NCBI GenBank assembly: GCA_964539425.1 | Contig: CAZIII010000002.1 | Span: forward strand, 1-63,474 | Length of the DNA: 63,474 nt | From: an uncultured Tissierellaceae bacterium | GTDB lineage: Bacteria > Bacillota > Clostridia > Tissierellales > Tissierellaceae | Direction: 5' to 3' | Shown: piece after piece, positions 55,584-63,112 of the stretch | How the letters are laid out: every line of letters starts with the position of its first letter | Numbering within the stretch: the first letter of the stretch is position 1 | Notes under the pieces: generated by a model | What the model was told of the DNA's origin: nothing | What the model saw: only the letters and a program-made list of their open reading frames with translations | Database searches by the model: none | Position numbers and translations under genes: made by a program

Positions 55584-56810
55584 ATGAGTGTAATTATGCA
55601 CGTAGATGTTAATTCTGCATTTTTATCTTGGACAGCTGCCTATGAAAAGCAACTGGGCATTGATAGAGACATAAGAGAAGTTGCATCAGTTATTGGTGGA
55701 AATGAGGAAAATCGTCATGGTATAGTGCTTGCAAAATCTACATTGGCTAAAAAATTTAAAATACAAACTGGTGAATCTTTATATTCTGCAAGAAAGAAGT
55801 ATCCTGGCCTTCTTGTTGTACCACCTAATTATGGTGTTTATGTTCAAGCTTCACAAGCACTATATGAATTTTTAAATAGCTTTTCTCCTGAAGTACAAGT
55901 ATTTAGTATTGATGAGTGTTTTATTAGATTTACTGATGTTAATAAAGAAGAAGCTCTTCCATTAGCATACAGGATCAAAGAGGAAATAAAAAATACCTTC
56001 GGCTATACCGTAAATATTGGAATATCTAATAACAAGTTGCTGGCGAAAATGGCAGGGGATTTTGAGAAACCCAATAAAGTACATACCTGCTTTCCTGAAG
56101 AAATAAAATATAAACTGTGGAAACTTCCAATTGAAGACTTATATATGGTAGGAAGAAAAACTGCTCCTAAGTTAAATAACCTAGGAATATATACAATAGG
56201 AGACTTAGCTAATGCTGATTTCAATTTAATTTCATCCTTATTAAAGTCCCATGGCAGACTTATATATGCCTATGCTAATGGTATTGACGATTCCACATTT
56301 AAGCCTTCCTTGCCTGTAAAAAGTATAGGAAATAGCTCTACTATTAAATTTGATGTAGAAGATAAAGATACTGCCTACGCTATAATTTTAAGTCTTGTGG
56401 AAATGACTGCTTGGAGATTAAGAAAGGCAGATATGATATGTAGAGTAGTAAGTATTAGCATTAAGGATTCTCTATTTGGATATACTTCACATCAAAAAAA
56501 GTTGTCTTATTTTACTGATTCTACATATGACATATATAAAAACATCTGCACTTTATTTGATGAAGTATGGACTAAAAATCCTATTCGCCAAATAGGGGTA
56601 TCCGTTTCTGATTTATGTAGTTGTAATCTGCAACAAATGAACCTGTTTAATAGTTCTAGCGGCAATAAACTGGATAAAGTTATTGACGGGTTAAGAGAAA
56701 AATATGGAGAAACTGCCATAATGAGAGGAGTCTTTGCTAATTCTGATTTGCATCCTATCCTTGGAGGATATCCAGATGATGAATATCCTGGTATGACTAG
56801 TATTCTATAG
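55584..56810 (+). CDS. Y-family (translesion) DNA polymerase, DinB/UmuC/ImpB superfamily
   Basis: MHVDVNSAFLSW (catalytic Asp), FSIDECFI (DE motif), ISNNKLLAKMA, and a HhH/little-finger C-terminal half. Start at MSVIMHVD after GAGGTG. Confidence 0.85.
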   Translation: MSVIMHVDVNSAFLSWTAAYEKQLGIDRDIREVASVIGGNEENRHGIVLAKSTLAKKFKIQTGESLYSARKKYPGLLVVPPNYGVYVQASQALYEFLNSFSPEVQVFSIDECFIRFTDVNKEEALPLAYRIKEEIKNTFGYTVNIGISNNKLLAKMAGDFEKPNKVHTCFPEEIKYKLWKLPIEDLYMVGRKTAPKLNNLGIYTIGDLANADFNLISSLLKSHGRLIYAYANGIDDSTFKPSLPVKSIGNSSTIKFDVEDKDTAYAIILSLVEMTAWRLRKADMICRVVSISIKDSLFGYTSHQKKLSYFTDSTYDIYKNICTLFDEVWTKNPIRQIGVSVSDLCSCNLQQMNLFNSSSGNKLDKVIDGLREKYGETAIMRGVFANSDLHPILGGYPDDEYPGMTSIL

Positions 56811-56823
56811 AAAGAGTGATAAT

Positions 56824-57063
56824 ATGAAAATTATTAATCAACCTATTAAAGTCATGGCAATATTTTATCCAAATGGAAAAATAGAGCCTCTAAAGTTTAG
56901 ATTAGAAGATACAGTAGTTATTATACAAAAAGTAATGAAAACATACGAGGAGAAGATAGTGGGAAACAAAAGAATCATATTTGTATGTATTCATAATGGC
57001 AGAGATATTTATGAGATAAAATATGAAATTGATTCAAAGATATGGTACTTATTCAAACAATAA
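56824..57063 (+). CDS. Hypothetical 79-aa protein coupled to the Y-family polymerase gene
   Basis: MKIINQPIKVMAIFYPNGKIEPLKFRLEDTVVIIQKVMKTYEEKIVGNKRIIFVCIHNGRDIYEIKYEIDSKIWYLFKQ, predicted all-beta. Starts 13 nt after the polymerase stop and shares its terminator. Confidence 0.55.
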   Translation: MKIINQPIKVMAIFYPNGKIEPLKFRLEDTVVIIQKVMKTYEEKIVGNKRIIFVCIHNGRDIYEIKYEIDSKIWYLFKQ

Positions 57064-57095
57064 AAAGCTGCTATTTTCAAGCAGCTTTTTATTGT
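57063..57095. terminator. Terminator after the polymerase operon (bidirectional form)
   Basis: AAAAGCTGC-N9-GCAGCTTTT followed by TATTGTTTT. Confidence 0.75.
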
Positions 57096-57120
57096 TTTGC
57101 TAGTAGGAGCTCATATTATT

Positions 57121-57954
57121 TTACTCCATTTTGTCTAATGTTTGTAAAATATCTTCAAGATAATCAATTTCACATTCTTCTATTAAACCTTTATCGCATG
57201 CAGATGCAATTTTAGGATCAATTGGCATTTTTGCAACTAAATTAATTCCATGTTCATCTGCAATTTCCCCAATATGACTCTCTCCAAATACACTAATTTC
57301 CTTTTTACAATCAGGACATCTTAAATACGCCATATTTTCAACTAACCCAATAATTGGTATATTCATTATTTCTGCCATCTTTACAGCTTTAGCTACTATC
57401 ATTGAAACTAATTCTTGTGGTGATGTCACTATTATAATTCCATCAACTGGAATAGATTGAAATACAGTAAGAGGAACATCCCCAGTTCCCGGCGGCATAT
57501 CAATAAACATATAATCAATATCACCCCAAATTACATCAGTCCAAAACTGTTTAACAGCACCAGCTATTATAGGTCCTCTCCAAACTACAGGATCCGTATC
57601 ATTTTCTACTAATAAATTGATAGACATAATATTGATGCCATTTTTACTTTTCACTGGAAGCCAACCAGAGTTGTTTGCAGTAGCTTTATCTTTTATTCCA
57701 AAAACTTTAGGTATAGATGGTCCAGTAATATCTGCATCTAATACTGCAGTATTGTATCCTTTTTTATTCATGGATGATGCTAAAATAGATGTGACCAAGG
57801 ATTTTCCTACGCCACCCTTTCCACTTACAACCCCTATTACCTTTTTGATATTACTTAGTTCATGGGATTTTTCTAAAAAGCTATTTTTTGTTTCTTTTCT
57901 TTCACCACAATCTACATCGCAAGTGCTACAGTTTTCATTACAATTTTCGCTCAT
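57121..57954 (-). CDS. Mrp/NBP35/ApbC-family Fe-S cluster carrier ATPase
   Basis: N-terminal Cys-rich CNENCSTCDVDC, deviant Walker A VVSGKGGVGKS, DMPPGTGD, and the CPDC motif (LRCPDCKKEISVFG). Confidence 0.85.
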   Translation of the reverse strand: MSENCNENCSTCDVDCGERKETKNSFLEKSHELSNIKKVIGVVSGKGGVGKSLVTSILASSMNKKGYNTAVLDADITGPSIPKVFGIKDKATANNSGWLPVKSKNGINIMSINLLVENDTDPVVWRGPIIAGAVKQFWTDVIWGDIDYMFIDMPPGTGDVPLTVFQSIPVDGIIIVTSPQELVSMIVAKAVKMAEIMNIPIIGLVENMAYLRCPDCKKEISVFGESHIGEIADEHGINLVAKMPIDPKIASACDKGLIEECEIDYLEDILQTLDKME

Positions 57955-58030
57955 CTTTTTTCTCCTTTATTCATTTATGATTTTTATAGTATTTTTGAAA
58001 ACTTCTCTTACAGTATTAACCGATGATAAT

Positions 58031-58390
58031 TTATTCCACCCTTTCCATACACCTATGCCTACGACACCTTATACATCCATGTTTCTTTTCAGTTTCATCG
58101 TAAAACATATAATCCCCGCCTTCTATCCTCAACAGATTTCCATTAACCAAAGATTCTGCAACTTTTTTTCGTGCATCATTGTATATTCTCTGTACTGTTG
58201 TACGGGCTACATTCATTCTATCAGCACATTCTTCCTGCATCATTCCTTCCAAGTCTATAAGGCGGATGGTTTCATATTCTTCTACTGTCATAATGATTGA
58301 CTTGCTATCAATATTTTTAGCATCAAGTGGTCCAAATAAGTTACTTTCAGGTAAGCAACAAACCTTTCTCCATTTTCTAGGTCTCGCCAT
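58031..58390 (-). CDS. DUF134 (UPF0251) family putative DNA-binding protein with a Cys-rich tail
   Basis: [21 protein letters not shown]... is a typical DUF134 N-terminus. Sigma70-region-4-like HTH ([24 protein letters not shown]). C-terminal CIRCRRHRC. Confidence 0.78.
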   Translation of the reverse strand: MARPRKWRKVCCLPESNLFGPLDAKNIDSKSIIMTVEEYETIRLIDLEGMMQEECADRMNVARTTVQRIYNDARKKVAESLVNGNLLRIEGGDYMFYDETEKKHGCIRCRRHRCMERVE

Positions 58391-58442
58391 TATAGCTCTC
58401 CTTTATATTTTTCATTTATTGACATATTGTCCATATAATTTC

Positions 58443-58470
58443 ATTATATTCCGTTTTGAACATATGTCAA
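58443..58470 (-). promoter_or_regulatory. SigA-type promoter of the DUF134-mrp unit, overlapped by a repeated operator-like motif
   Basis: Minus strand TTGACA (58465-58470), 16-nt spacer, TATAAT (58443-58448). The near-palindrome TTGACATATGTTCAA (58456-58470) is echoed by TGGACAATATGTCAA (58419-33) downstream of the -10. Confidence 0.5.
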
Positions 58471-58503
58471 TAACATTTTTGTTTTAATATCCTTCTTAAT
58501 ATG

Positions 58504-58541
58504 AAAAGGCTGGTTAATGTGTATACACATTAACCAGCCTT
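58504..58541 (-). terminator. Intrinsic terminator after the HAD-like gene
   Basis: AAGGCTGGTTAATGTGTA/TACACATTAACCAGCCTT long perfect palindrome, followed on the minus strand by TTTCATATT. Confidence 0.8.
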
Positions 58542-58564
58542 CTAAGTCTTATTAATTATAATCC

Positions 58565-59035
58565 CTAATTTCTTAAAGTTGCTTTTATCATGTTTTTATT
58601 TAGCAATATTTCCAATGCTTCCATAATAGACCTAGCTACTATATCTGCTTTGCTTAATAATTTTCCTGAAATACCCTCCCCCTCTATTATCCCTATGGAT
58701 AATATGGCTTCTAGAAACATTGGTATATCATTAAATCCATTTCCTAGACAAACAGTGTTACTACCGCTTAAATTTTTCACTATTTCCTTTTTTGACTCTC
58801 CAGCATTTTCCTTAGGAAATGTTAAAACCTTAGCATTTATACCTTTACATTCTTTTTCAACCGTCCCATAAGTATCAGCAGTTAATATGTATATATTTGT
58901 ACTTTCTGATAATTTATTTATTAACTCTTTAACTCCAGCAATTAATTTTCCATCTACTGCTATGGTGCCATTGTAGTCAAAGACAATATTTTTGATTTCA
59001 ATATTATCTCTGCCAGGTATTTCATATATCAACAT
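58565..59035 (-). CDS. HAD-superfamily protein, soluble P-type ATPase-like (COG4087-type)
   Basis: 156 aa. VFDYNGTIA (motif I with Asn in place of the second Asp), ILTADTYGT, and GNGFNDIPM (motif IV). Confidence 0.7.
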   Translation of the reverse strand: MLIYEIPGRDNIEIKNIVFDYNGTIAVDGKLIAGVKELINKLSESTNIYILTADTYGTVEKECKGINAKVLTFPKENAGESKKEIVKNLSGSNTVCLGNGFNDIPMFLEAILSIGIIEGEGISGKLLSKADIVARSIMEALEILLNKNMIKATLRN

Positions 59036-59227
59036 ATTTATTCCCCCATTAATTAAACTCTACTCAAGATTATCATACCATCTTACCGAGTTAAAGTCAT
59101 TAATTAGACATAATTCCAGGATAAAAGAAAATTTGTAAATTTAAAAAGGTATACATAACTTGATCAGCTTGTAGACCTTTTACCAATATAAATGCTTCCT
59201 CATAATATGGATTAAACATTTTTATAC

Positions 59228-59767
59228 CTAGGCTTCTTTAACTCTTGTAGTAGTTATTTTACCATGTACTTTGTTTAATGTTTTAATCTTGAATGTTGGG
59301 TTACTAACTCCAAATTCATCTATTATATCTTCAAGTATTTTAAATTCTTTTCTTCTAATAACAACTTCAATTTTGTATCTTTCTTCGTCATTGTTTCCGC
59401 TTACAATGGAATTATTAACTGTATATCCGGTTTTTCTAAGTTTGTCTGCTATTCTAATTGTTTTTTCTTTATCATTTAGAAATAGGTCAACTTCCATAAT
59501 ACCAAGTGCTAATCTATCTTCAATCTTTCCGCCAATAAAAACTCCTAAAGTTCTGCCTAAAGCATATGCCACTGTAAATTGGATACCATCCGAACTTGTA
59601 ACCTTACTAACTGTAGTTGCAAAAATCATTGCATCTGTAAATACTAATATATATACTGGATTCATAATTTTTTTAGACATTAATATTGTTTTTAATGTTG
59701 CTAAAACATTTGTAAAAGCAGTAATTAAAAACAAACCAATCAATGCAAATATAACATTTGTCGTCAT
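59228..59767 (-). CDS. UPF0316-type membrane protein (three N-terminal TM helices + C-terminal DUF2179 domain)
   Basis: About 179 aa. The TM region is followed by a soluble alpha/beta domain (EVDLFLNDKEKTIRIADKLRKTGYTVNNS...RYKIEVVIRRKEFKILEDII), as in Bacillus YebE-like proteins. ATG at 59765-59767 after GGAGGTG. Confidence 0.65.
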   Translation of the reverse strand: MTTNVIFALIGLFLITAFTNVLATLKTILMSKKIMNPVYILVFTDAMIFATTVSKVTSSDGIQFTVAYALGRTLGVFIGGKIEDRLALGIMEVDLFLNDKEKTIRIADKLRKTGYTVNNSIVSGNNDEERYKIEVVIRRKEFKILEDIIDEFGVSNPTFKIKTLNKVHGKITTTRVKEA

Positions 59768-59798
59768 CACGACACCTCCTTTTAATTTTAATTTTCAT

Positions 59799-59830
59799 AA
59801 CAAAAAACTACCATGCTGATTGCATGCTAG
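59799..59830 (-). terminator. Terminator/attenuator-like hairpin inside the 5' leader of the UPF0316 gene
   Basis: Minus strand CTAGCATGC-aatca-GCATGGTAG (8 of 9 pairs), followed by TTTTTTGTT. Ends about 30 nt before the start codon. Confidence 0.45.
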
Positions 59831-60038
59831 TTAGCAAATAATTAGTTCCATATCTATTTAAATAATTCATATTAGAAATTCAAGAATAGAATAAACACGA
59901 TTTTATATAAATGAGTATATAAGTATGGTATTAGAAGGGGTTCCACTTTTTTCCTTCTTAACCTAAAATAAGGATATGATTATTGCGAAATTTATATTTT
60001 TATACTTTAACTAATCTAATTACTAGACCAACTTTTTA

Positions 60039-60067
60039 ATTATACCACAAATATGGACTTTATGCAA
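60039..60067 (-). promoter_or_regulatory. Near-consensus SigA promoter about 270 nt upstream of the UPF0316 gene
   Basis: Minus strand TTGCAT (60062-60067), 17-nt spacer, TATAAT (60039-60044). Confidence 0.55.
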
Positions 60068-60077
60068 ATTAGTAAAA

Positions 60078-60109
60078 AATCTGAACAAGAAGTTACTCAT
60101 GTTCAGATT
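60078..60109. terminator. Terminator after the eRF1-like gene
   Basis: AATCTGAACA-N12-TGTTCAGATT 10-bp stem with flanking A/T runs. Confidence 0.75.
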
Positions 60110-60118
60110 TTAATTTTA

Positions 60119-61282
60119 CTAATATCGTAATACAGCTGCTACATTTCCTCCATCAGGAACTTTGTCTGAATCCACTAGATATACTGCTCCCCCTCTTGAT
60201 ATTGTAAGGGTGGCAGCCCTATCCATTAAATCTTCATTATCAATCTTTTGTTCATCATGGAAGTTTATCTTGTTTATATCTGGATTAAACTTACCCCACT
60301 GTTCTACTCCATTAGCAATAAATAATGTTTCAATTTGACCATTGTAGGCTTGTGGAAGTATTTTCTTTAATGATTTAGAAGATAATCCATTTCCTTGACC
60401 TGAAAATTGGCTGTATTTAGCCTCAGCTAATTCTTGTATCTTTAAGAATTTTGGTTCAATGATTTCCCATGCCATTTTTTGCAAATCATCACCATATAAT
60501 ATTTCAGGATTTCCTTTTATATACTCATCTAATATATTAGGATAACCACTAATTTCTTTATATATAGGAATAAGATATTCTACTCCTGCTAATATTAAAG
60601 GTATTTCCTGACCTCCATGTAATTTTTTTACAGATTCATCTATTGCACGAAAATATCTGGCAAGTTGGTTTTTATTAAAGTCATTTTCAACTGCTTGCCC
60701 TTGACTTGCTGTATTATATACAAGAGATGAATTGCTTACTGGATTAGCAGTACGAATTTGCAGTTTAGTCCTTGGGTCATCATCAACTTTCATATCTTCT
60801 ACAGATTTAGGTGCATCTTCCATGACTATTTCTTTAACTGTCTGTCTAGTAGATCTAAATAATCTAACTTCATTCTTGCTTAATGCTAATATATAAAATT
60901 GTCCATCTGTAGTAAATAGAGGAAGAAGTGGCTTAGTGTAGAATTTATTTGAAATCACTACTTGTTCTTTTACTTCAAATGGTAGATGATAATAGTTCAT
61001 TTCTTCTTCAGTCATAAACAATGCCAGACCTTCTGTTTGATTTTGCCAAAATATTGTTTCATCTACCAGATTACTTGCTGGTCGTAGTATCTTTCCGACT
61101 TCTGCTTTATCTAATCCAATACTAAATAATTTATCTTCAGCTTCTCGAATTTGCTGTTTAAATCTTATGGGATTTTGTTTAATATCTACTCCCATACGAT
61201 AGGTAGGTATATATATTGATACACAGAATTCACTTTCTACATTTATTAACTCTTCAAATTTCTTTCTAGTTAGTATATCCAT
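60119..61282 (-). CDS. Stand-alone eRF1-like protein (bacterial archaeo-eukaryotic release-factor-like, baeRF-type; family assignment from memory)
   Basis: 387 aa. N-terminal ...FCVSIYIPTYRMGVDIKQNPIRFKQQIREAEDKL and C-terminal GGAVYLVDSDKVPDGGNVAAVLRY match the signature I recall for baeRF family proteins. Contains HGGQ at about aa 221-224. GGAGG SD. Flanked by terminators on both sides. Confidence 0.55.
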   Translation of the reverse strand: MDILTRKKFEELINVESEFCVSIYIPTYRMGVDIKQNPIRFKQQIREAEDKLFSIGLDKAEVGKILRPASNLVDETIFWQNQTEGLALFMTEEEMNYYHLPFEVKEQVVISNKFYTKPLLPLFTTDGQFYILALSKNEVRLFRSTRQTVKEIVMEDAPKSVEDMKVDDDPRTKLQIRTANPVSNSSLVYNTASQGQAVENDFNKNQLARYFRAIDESVKKLHGGQEIPLILAGVEYLIPIYKEISGYPNILDEYIKGNPEILYGDDLQKMAWEIIEPKFLKIQELAEAKYSQFSGQGNGLSSKSLKKILPQAYNGQIETLFIANGVEQWGKFNPDINKINFHDEQKIDNEDLMDRAATLTISRGGAVYLVDSDKVPDGGNVAAVLRY

Positions 61283-61394
61283 TATATCCTCCTTGTAAAA
61301 TTATTTGATTAGTCTTAAACTATTATCTATATTAATTTGCCCATTTTTTTATCTACTATGTAGGTATTTGTCTAGGTTAGAAGGATATAAATTG

Positions 61395-61434
61395 AAAAAT
61401 CTCCAATTATCTATCTAGATTCTTGGAGATTTTT
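61395..61434 (-). terminator. Intrinsic terminator after the GNAT gene
   Basis: ATCTCCAA-N16-TTGGAGAT with A/T runs on both sides. Confidence 0.7.
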
Positions 61435-61450
61435 GGTATTTTTTATTTTT

Positions 61451-61957
61451 TTAAAATTCATTAGCTAAATTAGTTAGTGCATCATTGTGTACCCGATAAA
61501 CTGTCCATTCATCCATTGGTACCGCACCGATACTCTTGTAAAAATTAATAGAAGGTTCATTCCAATCTATGCACCACCACTCAAATCTACCGCAATTCCT
61601 TTCTATTGCAGTTTTTGCCAAAAACGATAGAAGTATTTTACCATATCCTTTTCCTCTCATCTCCGGTCTCACATATAAATCTTCTAAGTAAAGCCCTGGT
61701 CTACCTACAAAAGTAGAAAAATTGTGGAAAAACAGAGCAAATCCTACAGGCTCTCCATCATGTTCCCCAATAACAACCTCAGCGGATTTTCTAATGAATA
61801 AGGAATCCATAAGTATTTCTTCAGTTGCAACTACTTCATGCAATAGTTTTTCGTAGTCTGCTAATTCCTTGATAAATTCTAAAATAAGCTTAACATCTTT
61901 TTCTTCTGCAAATCTAATTTTGAAATTTTCATTTTTGGTTGATATTAACTTTTCCAT
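61451..61957 (-). CDS. GNAT family N-acetyltransferase (diamine/spermidine acetyltransferase-like)
   Basis: 168 aa. LYLEDLYVRPEMRGKGYGKILLSFLAKTA (acetyl-CoA motif A). Overall SSAT-like layout. Confidence 0.8.
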   Translation of the reverse strand: MEKLISTKNENFKIRFAEEKDVKLILEFIKELADYEKLLHEVVATEEILMDSLFIRKSAEVVIGEHDGEPVGFALFFHNFSTFVGRPGLYLEDLYVRPEMRGKGYGKILLSFLAKTAIERNCGRFEWWCIDWNEPSINFYKSIGAVPMDEWTVYRVHNDALTNLANEF

Positions 61958-61994
61958 TTTAATTTATCTCCTTGTCCATTCTATTGTAATTTTA

Positions 61995-62975
61995 TTATAC
62001 TAATCCCCTAGCAAAGCTATTCCATCCAAATATACCACCAGTATGAATAAACAATATGTTTTTATGATTTCTAAAAGTTCCTTTATTAATTTCTTCAACT
62101 AATCCATACATTGCTTTACCTGTATAAACTGGATCTAGGATAATTCCTTCTTTTTTAGCTAATTTATAAATAAATTCTATTTCATTAGGTTGACTCAATG
62201 CATATCCTTTACCTACATATCCATCTAAAATATTTATCTCTTCTTTGTTTACATTAATTTCTTGACCTGTATATTTTGATATTTCCCTTAATAATCCTAA
62301 TACTATATTTCTAAAATATTCCCCATCAGCACTGACATTTACTCCATATATCATAGCATCATTCTTTTTTATATGATTTGCATAATACAGCCCTGCATAC
62401 GTACCTCCGGAGCCAACAGCTGTAACTATGGCATCAAATTTAATACCTAATTCCTTTTCTTGCTCCAATATTTCTTCCATGGCTTTGTAATACCCAAAGG
62501 ATCCAATTCCATTGGATGCTCCCTCTGGGAGTATATATGCTTTATGCCCTTCCTTAGATAATTGATCTTTAATTTCTTCCATGATATCCATTCTATGATT
62601 TTTATACTCTTCAGCAGTAATAAGTTTAATTTTAGCTCCTAACATCTTATCTAGAAATAAATTGCCTTCTACTTCTGCATCTTCCTTACCTCTTAGAACT
62701 AGATATGATCCTATATGAAGCTTTGCAGCCACAGCTGCTGTTGCCCTAGCATGATTTGATTGTATTCCACCACAAGTAATTAAATAATCACACCCATTAT
62801 CCAATGCCTCTTGTACAGCAAATTCTAGCTTCCTTACCTTGTTTCCAGATATTTCAGTCCCAGTCTGATCATCTCTTTTTATATAGATCTGTTGGCCTAA
62901 CTCTTGGCTTAATCTCTCTAATTTCTCAATTTTTGTTGGTAAATTAGCAAGTTGAATTGATTTTGGTAAATTCAT
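61995..62975 (-). CDS. PLP-dependent D-cysteine desulfhydrase / ACC deaminase family protein
   Basis: 326 aa. DDQTGTEISGNKVRKLEF (PLP lysine), GGIQSNHARA and VTAVGSGGT. Confidence 0.85.
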   Translation of the reverse strand: MNLPKSIQLANLPTKIEKLERLSQELGQQIYIKRDDQTGTEISGNKVRKLEFAVQEALDNGCDYLITCGGIQSNHARATAAVAAKLHIGSYLVLRGKEDAEVEGNLFLDKMLGAKIKLITAEEYKNHRMDIMEEIKDQLSKEGHKAYILPEGASNGIGSFGYYKAMEEILEQEKELGIKFDAIVTAVGSGGTYAGLYYANHIKKNDAMIYGVNVSADGEYFRNIVLGLLREISKYTGQEINVNKEEINILDGYVGKGYALSQPNEIEFIYKLAKKEGIILDPVYTGKAMYGLVEEINKGTFRNHKNILFIHTGGIFGWNSFARGLV

Positions 62976-63005
62976 CAGATTCCCTCCATTCTTCTCTTAT
63001 TATGA

Positions 63006-63044
63006 TTACATATATAATATATTAGTTACATATATTATATATTA
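63006..63044. repeat. Two 19-nt AT-rich direct repeats in the desulfhydrase promoter region
   Basis: TTACATATATAATATATTA (63006-63024), one nt, then TTACATATATTATATATTA (63026-63044). Period 20 nt, 30-70 nt upstream of the start codon. Confidence 0.8.
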
Positions 63045-63070
63045 TTAGTGCCATTGGTCAATGTAATATT

Positions 63071-63108
63071 AAAAAATCAAGGCTAGCAGATATAATATCC
63101 ACTAGCCT
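63071..63108 (-). terminator. Intrinsic terminator after the Fe-S membrane protein gene
   Basis: AGGCTAG-N15-CTAGCCT, followed on the minus strand by TGATTTTTT. Confidence 0.6.
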
Positions 63109-63112
63109 GTTT

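Noticed and set aside
59930-59975. preQ1-I-like riboswitch in the UPF0316 leader (stem AGAAGG...CCUUCU followed by AAUACCAUAC)
   Set aside because: The loop sequence (AAAAAAGUGGAACC) lacks the conserved preQ1 loop nucleotides, the tail lacks the A-rich ACUA pseudoknot element, and the downstream gene is not a queuosine or transport gene.
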